Source: a virus. From it: a DNA stretch of 64,000 nt. Within the stretch, counting starts at the first letter, position 1, and every line of letters begins with the position of its first letter. The stretch is from IMG/VR virus record IMGVR_UViG_3300031949_000019. One strand, 5' to 3'. The notes beneath the pieces were generated by a model. It did no database searches, was not told the DNA's origin, and saw nothing but the letters and a program-made list of their open reading frames with translations. Made by a program: the position numbers and the translations under genes. Positions 25,424 through 34,900 of the stretch are shown in pieces.

Positions 25424-27139
25424 TTAAGTTCTTCGCCCACTTACCAGTAATTTCAGAGAATCACCTACGGTTGCCACACCGCACACGATCATGTCTTTAG
25501 TGTCATTTGTTATTACCCTGCTAAAACACCAAAAGTTTTGCGATAGTCCAAACCCCAACATTCTCGTTGTCCAGAATCCCGCGTCATTCAAATGGTCGGC
25601 AATGTGAAATAACACAATCAGGTTGTTCTTCGGATCGTGAGCAATCAGCGACTGGCCCGGATTCCAGTTTCTAGTTATCTCATAAACATCTGCCGCCCAG
25701 TCGTGCTCGATATAACTTTCATCTCCATCTCCTGCTGAACGTGTTGGCCCGGCTACCGGAATCATGTAGAGAACGCCGTTGACGAAAACCACTTGTTCCC
25801 ACGTCGCAAACCCACTGTGGTATAAAGGTCGAATAATGATCGGAACTAAATCACTTGGGGTTGACTGAGCAATCTGCAAGTGATTCGTAGTTTCAAGATA
25901 GATGCGTCCTTGTGCTCCAGCTATCGTGCCGATGATCGTTTCAGGCGGTGAGGAGCTAATCGCTAATTCCAACGGAGCAGCTTCAATGTTATTTGGTTTC
26001 GCCGGAGAGAGAAACGGCCCCGGTGACGTAGCTTCTGGATTAGTAGCAAACCCTTGTCCCTGAACGCTTGTCCAGATGAGATTCGTATTCATGGACTCGA
26101 CGCCCATTGCATCTGTAGGGGCATCGTTGTTGAATGAGACGAGAATGTTGTTTTCAACTTCTGCGTCGTAGTATTCAATGTTGACCGTACCCCCGGCGGA
26201 TGAGACTTCCGTGTCGTCAATCATTCGCAGTCGATGCCACGGGCCATTGAGGTAATTCAGGTCGGCGCCGAGAGTGTCCGTGAAAGTCGTTACCCAGACG
26301 ATCCAAGCATTCTGCCCGTTCGCTGTGTCCATCGCCGGGAACAAACATGCAATCAGATCGTTGGTGGCGATCGTGACATCAGCCCGATCAGATGGATTGT
26401 TATAGCCTACGGTTTCTTTTCTTGCGGGAGTAATGACAAATGAATAATTCCCTCCCTGCATCTTCGATCCACCGCCCACTGCTGAGAGTGTCGGAGGCGC
26501 AGAAGTATTCATTCCCAACTCAAACACCGTGTAGGTATTAGTGACCGGATCGTAAAGAGCAATCGTGGGACGGCGGGTAAGAGTTAAAGACGTTCCAGGC
26601 AACGTTTGACCATCAAGATAAAATGGCCCTAATCCCGCTCCGACGATTGAACCACGATCAAGTTTGTTGACGTTGCCCCATATCGAGACGCCAAGCTGTT
26701 CGTTCACCGCATAGGCGCGCGGCATCAACCATCCAATGAGTCCTAAAACCGTAGCAGTTTGGTCAGCCCACACAGTCATATGTTCATTGTCTATAACGCG
26801 CCGGACAAAGATTGGATAGTTGGCTGAATTGTCTGTTGGAATACAAGAAATCCGCATTCCAATGTAAGGGCATTCGGTGAGGAATAAAGTCCCTGAACCA
26901 ATTACCGCATTTGAACCTTCAGTGAGAGTGATGGTTCCGGTCATCTGAACCATTGGGGCAGACTGTCCGGTGTCGCCTTCGCCTGAATAAGTTTCCCAGT
27001 AATATTGATCTTCAATACGGCCACGGACAATCAGGCTGTCCATACGAAAAGAGCCGCGATCACCTGTGTTTCCGGTGTGGGCTACGGTAGGCCGATATGG
27101 GCCAGCTTTTATTGTCCGAGGCGGAAGTCGTTCGCCCAC
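25424..27139 (-). CDS. putative tail nozzle / tubular protein B-like
   Basis: 571 aa, beta-propeller-like repeats, position after adaptor-like genes. Confidence 0.55.
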   Translation of the reverse strand: MGERLPPRTIKAGPYRPTVAHTGNTGDRGSFRMDSLIVRGRIEDQYYWETYSGEGDTGQSAPMVQMTGTITLTEGSNAVIGSGTLFLTECPYIGMRISCIPTDNSANYPIFVRRVIDNEHMTVWADQTATVLGLIGWLMPRAYAVNEQLGVSIWGNVNKLDRGSIVGAGLGPFYLDGQTLPGTSLTLTRRPTIALYDPVTNTYTVFELGMNTSAPPTLSAVGGGSKMQGGNYSFVITPARKETVGYNNPSDRADVTIATNDLIACLFPAMDTANGQNAWIVWVTTFTDTLGADLNYLNGPWHRLRMIDDTEVSSAGGTVNIEYYDAEVENNILVSFNNDAPTDAMGVESMNTNLIWTSVQGQGFATNPEATSPGPFLSPAKPNNIEAAPLELAISSSPPETIIGTIAGAQGRIYLETTNHLQIAQSTPSDLVPIIIRPLYHSGFATWEQVVFVNGVLYMIPVAGPTRSAGDGDESYIEHDWAADVYEITRNWNPGQSLIAHDPKNNLIVLFHIADHLNDAGFWTTRMLGFGLSQNFWCFSRVITNDTKDMIVCGVATVGDSLKLLVSGRRT

Positions 27140-27711
27140 TACACTTTTTCTCCTGCAACAGTAGCTAATTGACCTTTCAGAGCTTCTGACAATGCCTCAG
27201 TTAAATCACTGATAATCACATCAGGCGCATCCACATCGGTTGTGGCTAACGCTGGTTTGGTGACCACGCATGGAGTAATGAGTGTTCTCGCTCCCGTCGC
27301 TGTCAGAGGTACAACGAATTGCTGATTAGGCTCCCGCACCAGCAACTCCATACCACCCTGAATCGTAAACACTCCTAAGCGCGGATCGCTTCGTCGAACA
27401 AACTGAGGATAGTCGCGCCATGCATATTTCTTGCTTAGGGAAGCGGGGTCAAACAACGTCGCATCAGCTATGTATCGTACAAGCACATCATCAGCAAGAG
27501 TTGCTGCTCCGGCCACTAAAACAAGAGACTTCTCACGTCGCAGAAATGAACGTTTGAATTCATCCGCCGCCGCGCCCTCACTAACCGCTTGCGCCACCTC
27601 TGGAAACAAGGTGTCGGCAATTCCAATCGCATCTACCGCCGCAGACTGTTCTGGTAATACGCCTTGTAGAGCGTTGTTGACCGCCGCTAACAATAAATCC
27701 GTGTAGATCAT
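27139..27711 (-). CDS. putative head-tail adaptor / tail tubular protein A-like
   Basis: 190 aa, helical termini; position. Confidence 0.5.
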   Translation of the reverse strand: MIYTDLLLAAVNNALQGVLPEQSAAVDAIGIADTLFPEVAQAVSEGAAADEFKRSFLRREKSLVLVAGAATLADDVLVRYIADATLFDPASLSKKYAWRDYPQFVRRSDPRLGVFTIQGGMELLVREPNQQFVVPLTATGARTLITPCVVTKPALATTDVDAPDVIISDLTEALSEALKGQLATVAGEKV

Positions 27712-27713
27712 AA

Positions 27714-28403
27714 TTATGCGGCCTGCCCTTCCATCTTAGCAGGCGGAATGCTCGCTAAGGTTGTTCCAAAATATGTCGCCCACCTGCCCGACTGTTCAAC
27801 GAATTCATCGTCTCTAACCAACATCGCGCAACCGCCACAAATCACTGCTTCAGCTAAAGAGTCTGCCAACGTAAAGGTTCCATTATGGTCATAGACTTCT
27901 GTTTGTGCGTCCGCATCCCACACACAACACTCTAAGATTGCCGTTGTGCGAGTGTGGAGTATCTGTCCACTTGCTAGTGCAAAGTAATATGCAGGAGCGA
28001 GAAAGATTCCAGTTGAAAGCAAGCGATTGCGAACTACGGCAACCGGCATACGAGTGAGAATCTTTGTTTGGTCTGTACCGTCTAATACCGCTCCGAAATT
28101 ACCAATAATCGGTGCGCCTGCTAAGTCTACCGACGGTAAGTCAGCGCCACTGACAAGCGGATCGGTTTCACTTCGGAGATATGCGCGCAACACTCGGTTG
28201 TCAGACAACGCAATGGTCTCTGCCAGCTTTCCTGTCGCCCAAACTAAACTGTCTCGAATTGCATTCATTGGGAGAATGCTGGACTGGAATACCTCGTCCG
28301 TGAGCGGACGTTGTGAGTAAGTAATCTGCAACTCTACCGGGTCTGTGCCCTGTAGAGCATTGATTCGGATACTAGCTCCAGCGAGCAAGTCGTGAACGTT
28401 CAT
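27714..28403 (-). CDS. putative virion protein
   Basis: 229 aa, coupled in tail operon. Confidence 0.6.
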   Translation of the reverse strand: MNVHDLLAGASIRINALQGTDPVELQITYSQRPLTDEVFQSSILPMNAIRDSLVWATGKLAETIALSDNRVLRAYLRSETDPLVSGADLPSVDLAGAPIIGNFGAVLDGTDQTKILTRMPVAVVRNRLLSTGIFLAPAYYFALASGQILHTRTTAILECCVWDADAQTEVYDHNGTFTLADSLAEAVICGGCAMLVRDDEFVEQSGRWATYFGTTLASIPPAKMEGQAA

Positions 28404-28672
28404 AAGCTCTGCATTCCCCCACCTGATCCTTCACCCGATCCCCCGCTCATTCCTGTAGTACGCGGCCTCACTGCCCTTGTTCCTCCCGGTGTGTACGTGC
28501 TCCCGCCACCTAAGTCAGCCGCTTTATTGCCCATCATTCGCTTTTTCAATAAGTCCACGAAGGAGCCTGTGGCTTGCGCTGTTTGATCCTCTTGATCATC
28601 GTCGCCCATCGGCACCCACTGGGGAAGTTGGACTTGAAAGTCGGGTCGAAGTCTTCTGTTATCGTCGTACAT
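28400..28672 (-). CDS. Gly-rich small protein (putative ejection protein)
   Basis: SFVDLLKKR and RPRT motifs shared with 35992-37476. Confidence 0.55.
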   Translation of the reverse strand: MYDDNRRLRPDFQVQLPQWVPMGDDDQEDQTAQATGSFVDLLKKRMMGNKAADLGGGSTYTPGGTRAVRPRTTGMSGGSGEGSGGGMQSL

Positions 28673-28764
28673 TAGAGTTTCCTTTTGACTGCTTCGTTCA
28701 TAATTCCGTGCGCGGGACTCGAATTTCCGTCTCTGTGAGAATAGCTAATTAGTAAACTAAGGGC

Positions 28765-28770
28765 TAGCAT
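28765..28770 (+). promoter_or_regulatory. -10 box of leaderless antisense promoter
   Basis: TAGCAT, ATG 7 nt downstream; no good -35. Confidence 0.4.
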
Positions 28771-28777
28771 TTCGGAC

Positions 28778-28990
28778 ATGAAGGAAGAAAAGAACCCTCC
28801 GTCAGACTTTAATGGAGCCAGTTACGCTCTGTGGCTGGAAACGCAGCAGACTGATGCGTTAGCCGAAAAGCGTGCTACTTCTCGCGGGGTAGACCGGATG
28901 GTCTCTACATCGAACGCCGTTCTATTCCTGATTTTCATACTGGGAGTTGGCGGGCTGCTCTGTTATATCGGCTACCGCCTTCTGTTCTAA
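28778..28990 (+). CDS. small single-TM membrane protein, antisense moron
   Basis: 70 aa with C-terminal hydrophobic helix AVLFLIFILGVGGLLCYIGY; opposite to the structural operon. Confidence 0.6.
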   Translation: MKEEKNPPSDFNGASYALWLETQQTDALAEKRATSRGVDRMVSTSNAVLFLIFILGVGGLLCYIGYRLLF

Positions 28991-31900
28991 AACGGACTCG
29001 CAAAAGCTCCCTGTCGTCGTGGGCGACCAAATGCAGCCTTGAAGCCAGTTGGTTTATCTCTGGCAATGCCCAGTTTGTCGCGGAGCTTATTCATCTCGTC
29101 TTTCGTAATTACCCCTGATTGCTTAGAAAGCTCGTCTTGTGCGTCGTCCTCTGTCATTGTGTCCAGCTTTTGCTGGTTATCCTTGATCCATTGCTTCATG
29201 CGTGGCCCCGTCTTGGAGAGCAAATCGTAGTATTCTTCCGGTGTAATTCGTCGTCCCTTCGAAACCTCGCCAGTCTTGCTTGGCACTGGCACGCGTAAAC
29301 CTTTACTGATTACGAATCGCCACGATGGGTCACTCGTCAGTACGTCAAAAAATCTCTGCCGCTGAAGTCTTACTGGTTCACCAAAGGCATTGAGAGTTGG
29401 CTTTAGGTAAATAGACGCGAAAGGCGTGCTGCGCACCAAGTCCTCCATCAGGGTGTTGGACTGGTAACTCTTATTGTCAAACAGTCGGTAGATATCTCTG
29501 GCGATGTTTGGGGTTGTTGCCGCTGCGGCGGTCGAACTGAGCGTCTGCTTTACGGCCGTGATAGATTTAGCGGGTTCATTTGAGAGAGCGTCAAACAGTC
29601 GGCTCAATCCAGAAAGGAAACTCTGACTGAATACTGTGCTGCCGAGTCTAGCGATCGCGTAAGCTCCGCGCGTGGCTGCGTCCTTTTGCTCTAACTCGTG
29701 ATACCGCTGAGAATCAGTCATATTCCCCACCACGGAAAGTCCCAAACTGAGCGGCGTGTAAACATAGGAAATGTATTTATCGCCAATTTGAATGCTGTAA
29801 GGGCGCCAGCCCGCACCTTGTAACTGTCGGCGTTTTTCTCGATCACTTGGCCCGTTGCCATGAATTTGAATTAGCCCTGCAGCTTGCAGCGTCCCAAGGC
29901 CCACTAAGCCGACCGTTCCCATTGTCGCTCTGGTAATCATCAGCCGACGCGCTTCAGGCGTAAGAACCTCACCATGACTGTAGCCCATGAAAGCTCGTTT
30001 ATAGCCGTAGGGCGTATAATTCAACCCTCTGTTCGTTACGTTCGCGACGATTCGGGTAAATGGGACAAATAATTTCAAGGCTTTGTATTTCTGAGCCCAG
30101 TTGCCGATAACCTCTGAGGCGTAACCGAGCGCGCCATGCGGCGTATGGTTGTAGGTGGCTTCCCCCGCAAACTCTGCAGCGTCACTCGAAATATCTTTGT
30201 CGCGAACCATCTCGACAAGTTCCGCGGCCCGCACTTTAGCCTCGGCGCCTGTGAACCCTTCCCTCTCTGCTTGCTTGAGAAAGTCAGCGCGACGGTCAAG
30301 CGCAAGTATGTCCCGAACGCGAGCGTCCAGCTCGTCGCCACGTAGCCCCTCGTTGCGCGCCATACGATCTGCCAGCAGAGACGCGCGCGCCTCCTTGGCT
30401 GAACGGAAGAACACAGCGTCACTGGCTGCCAGCAATCGCGTAACGTACTTATAAGCGTTTAGCGGAGTGCCGATGGGAGACTCGGCTATCAGTTTTGTGG
30501 CGCGGCCTACTCGGGTGTCCGTCCTGATCGGCACTCCGCCTTTCTTCCCAAACTTGGAGATGTCCATAAGGCGCGGGACTTCCAGCCATTTTCCGTCCGT
30601 AACCATGCGGCCTTGTGTCAGTGCGAGTAGTGCGTCCAACTTGCCATCGGAGAAGCCACGCAGCATTCCTCCGTAAATCTTCGCAGCGGCGCGCGGGTTA
30701 TTCATCGCCAGCCCGTTGACTTCTGAGATCACATTAAACGCCGTGTCTATCGTGTTGACGATGTGAGTGTTGTACCCGGAAAGAATGTTGCCGTAGTAAA
30801 TACCTATCGGAAGATCCTCGGCCCCAAACCCTTTCTGTTGAGCGATGAACTTATTCAACTCCAGAACGGCTTTGTCCTTTGGCATGCCTTCGGGAGCCTG
30901 CTCGATCAAGTCGGCCAGTTCAGTGATTCGCCGTGCAATCTCCTTGCTGTAGCCCGGAAGACCCAACCTATCCCCCACAATGTCATAGAACAATGTGTCC
31001 GTGAGCTTTCCGTCCTTGGCTGCCTCGATCAGCTTTTGCCACGATGGCCGGGCTTTTCTAACGGTTGCGTTCTTCTTGAATAGTTTGTTCAGTTCTGCCA
31101 AGCGTTCTTCGTCAGTCAAGCCTTTCTTGTTCAACGTGTCTACCGCCTCACGCACCTCCGGCTCGGCAAACTTCATGTGGCGCTGACGTGCTTTATCTAC
31201 AGCCCGCTTATAAGAGAGCAGCTTTCCTTGGGGGGTTAGTTTTGCCCACATTGCGAATGACTGAACTCCTTGACCCAACCTCGTTCCATAGTCCATTTGC
31301 CACTCAGCGAGATCGGTAGCCTGATCCAGTACGAATTCAGCTTCCTTTGGATTGCTCGTTTTCAGGTTGCGATAGGTTTGGTTGAGTCGCTGGATGACGA
31401 TCTGCCCCATTGTGGAGCGCACGTGGGGGGCAAGTGCGTTGTTCTCGTCCTTGATGATTTTTATGCTGTCACCGATTCCGCGAGATTCAACTAACTTCGA
31501 GGCTTCTTCGGCAGTGACTTTATTAGGGATTGGCTCATAGTATTTTGCTGTCCCGATAGAGTCACGCAGTTCTTGAACCATGCGCTCATCTTCAACAAAC
31601 CGAGTACCAAACTTTCGCTCTTTTACTTCAGGAAAGGGTTCTTTAGCGGATGCTGCACCAGGGCCAAACTTACCAGGACGTTCTTCAGTAAAAGGCGCGG
31701 GCATGTCCCCCACACCCGCACCTTTGCTTGATTCAGGAACAGTTATTTGAGTTTTCGCCAGTTCTACTTTAGTAGTAGTGGCACGTTGTTCTCCTTTCTG
31801 TGCGCGAGATTCTTCGATCAATTTTGTCCAATAGGGGATCGAGCCGCGCCTGTTAATGGTAAATCCTTCAGCGCGCGCCATATCGTGTGCTTCTTTTAAT

Positions 31901-34900
31901 GTACGTGGTAGCGGTTCTAGTGCTTTCGACTTAGTGGATAAAGGTAATTCAGAACTATACACACCAGTAGCACGACTAGAAGTGTCTGCATTAGGCGCTC
32001 CTTTCAAATCAGGATAGTCTGCTAATACTTCAGGGGGCACAGGTTTCCCTTCGCGCAGTGCTTGTTCGACAGATTGTCGATGGTTGCGGAACCGAGCTTC
32101 AGAGGTGCCGCTTCCCCACTTGCCTCGAATGTAAAGCGAGACTGGAACTTGCCAATCTTCTTTGCTGCGCTGGGCAGCCATCGCTTTCACTTCCGACGGA
32201 TATTCTGTACGTCCTCGCTTAAGAGCCGCTTGAAATGTAGTCGGTTCTTTAGCGGTACTCTCCGAAACTGATTCAGAAACTTTTACTTCAGGAGCGGCGG
32301 TTTTCCGTTCGGTGGCGGCGGAGTCTCGTGGTAGAATGCGCGGTGTGCCCGACTTGAGATCAGGCACACCCGACACATTGCTTTCAACCAAAGGAGCAGC
32401 AACATGCCGTTGATTGATTGTATCTGCCTGAACTGCGGGATTCAATTTAGCCGCTACCCCACCAACATCGCCAAAAGCGGAAGAACCTTTTGCAGCAGAC
32501 CCTGCCACTGCGCGTACGAGCGTGTCGGCTACGTCAATGGGAATGGATATCGTATGGTCAGGATTGACGGTCACGCCGTCAGGGAGCACCGACTTATCAT
32601 GGAGCGACACGTCGGACGCAGACTTGACGCGCATGAGATTGTCCACCACATCGACGGGGACAGACTCAACAACAGCGTCTCGAATCTTCGGATCACGGAT
32701 TTCGCGGAGCACCAGCGCCATCACCGCCCGTTGACTTGGGACATCGAGGCCGCGAAGGCCATGCTCGCGGAAGGGCTGACTCTCCGTCAAGTCGGCAAGC
32801 GCCTGAGGCTTGATATCTCCCACATCCGAACCGCGTTCAAAAGCAGGGGGCTGCCCCTGTGATGGACTAAATACTTTTGGTTCTCCTTTAGGGGAAGGCT
32901 TGACCGTGAGAGACGGTTCGCTTTCTAAAACCGGCGCTCCAAATGAAACACCCTTTTGCGTTTGTTCGCGTTTCCAGTCTCTAATAGCATTGATGTCCTC
33001 AATTAACTGCCTGCCTCGTGTAATCTGTTCGGGCGAAGCCTCTCCCACAACCGCCGCACGTCGAATGTTCATTAAATCTTTCCGCATCGAGCCTTCAAGC
33101 ATGTTAACTGCTTTAGTTTGAGGCGTTGTCGGCTCGTAGCCAAGATGAGAAAGCGATTTCGCTAGCGACTCGTCAAGGTTTTGTTGTCGAGCAAGTTCAG
33201 CTAACCCTTCAGCGGAGATTTCAATACCTGCACGTTGGGGGAGAAGCGCCGCAAGATTTTCTCCTACAGAAGGCTCAACAGGTTGGGAAGGCGCGATTTG
33301 TTTTGGTTGTGGCCTTGTTGGCGTGGTTTCCTTCTTAATAAAGCGATCAAGCATGAATGCGGCGTCTTCAGGGTCGCTAAACCGTTGACCCGCTGCTTTT
33401 ATCGCCTCGCGTGAGATTGCCTGCGTGTCCCAACCGTTCTCATGTGCGATTCTTGCGGCTTCTCGAAGTGTCCCATACGCAACTTGCTGATCGTGGTTCA
33501 TCTTTACCGGATCAGTTTCGTTGCCAACTCGACTCACTGCCCAGCGCATACTTTCAGCAAGAGATTGCGGACTGGAATCATCAAGGTTTCCAAGGGACTG
33601 CCGATAGCTGCGGAGTTCATCAACCTGTGGGCCGGTTTCACCAATACCGTAGAGACGGTTGCGATCCGTTTCCGATAATGCGGCCTCGATCTTCTCGACT
33701 TCCTTGTAGGCAGCATCCGCTTTCTCCGTGTCCCATCCGTTTGCCGTGCGCTGAAGTCGTGCATAACGCTTCGCTAGTTCAGGGCCAAGAATGCTCGCCT
33801 CAAGGTTGTTGTCCTCGGCCTTCTTGCGTTGAAACTCTTCTTCGATCTGGGGACGAGTCATCTCCCACGGTTTTACAACTTCTGCTTCTCGGGCAGGTTC
33901 AACAGAAGTCTGTGCAGCATTAACCTGTTCGGGTTGGGAAGGCGTACTTACTTTCGCTTGTACGCCTTCTACTGGTATGGTTTCAGCAGGTGGAATAGCA
34001 GCTTCCAGCGGAGGTGTTGGTTCCGCTTTGCGGGCTTCAACGGCAGGAACTTCTGGCTTGATTGGGAGTAGTTGAGCGTTTCCCCTTCCTTGTAAATCAG
34101 CTTTCTTCACGTAGTGAATAGCTTCGGGATTATTTACTTCTGCAACTCGTAGTTTTCCAGCACGCGCACCTTCTTGAGACGCAGTTACTTCAACGTCACC
34201 GAAGCGGAGGGAATGAAATCGCTGCGGTGCTGTCCTTTCCGCAATAACATCAGCAGCCAATTCTGGCCCACCTGTTTCGATTTTGGCTTCAGGGTATTGT
34301 TCGGCCATCACCTCAGCTTGCTTACCAACATTCTCAGGTGAAACAGCCGATGATTGAATTTCATTGCCTTGTGCGTCTCGCGCCACAACAGCCTCAGTTG
34401 TTGCTGCCGACTTGGGTTGAACGTGGCCTAATAGTTCAGTGGTTGGCGTATTTCTTATCGTTTCTCGGCTGATACGATTAGGATCGTAATAGACAACTCC
34501 ATCGGGAGTTTTCTCGGTACGATAGCCACGCGGAATAGACGGACGCGGAGTATTATTAGGAATCAACGAATAACCACGTACCTGTAATTGTGCGAAAATT
34601 GTTTCAGGACGTTCGGGTACACTGTCTCTCCCTCTTATTGTTTCTGGGTTAAACTTTGGTGTCGGTCGCCACTTAGCTCCACTGGTCAACGCAAATCCCA
34701 AAGTAGTTAAGGCATTTGGTATCGCTTGTTCTAGCGGCGTTCCCCTCCCTACGTCTACAGCGACTTGCGGAGCAAGGAAAGCGACTATCTGCCGTTTCAT
34801 GCTCGGATTCACCCCAGCAATACCGCCCATTGCCGCTCCCATTGCTGTTGACACAGCAATATCTGTGGGGCTCATCGGTTCGCCCGTCTTGGCCGCTTTA

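Noticed and set aside
28690-28730. TTCGAGTCCC T-loop-like string on the - strand
   Set aside because: Upstream bases do not form a T stem and there is no cloverleaf.
33411-33923. Second nested antisense ORF (170 aa) in the giant gene
   Set aside because: No domain motif, RBS or promoter signature.
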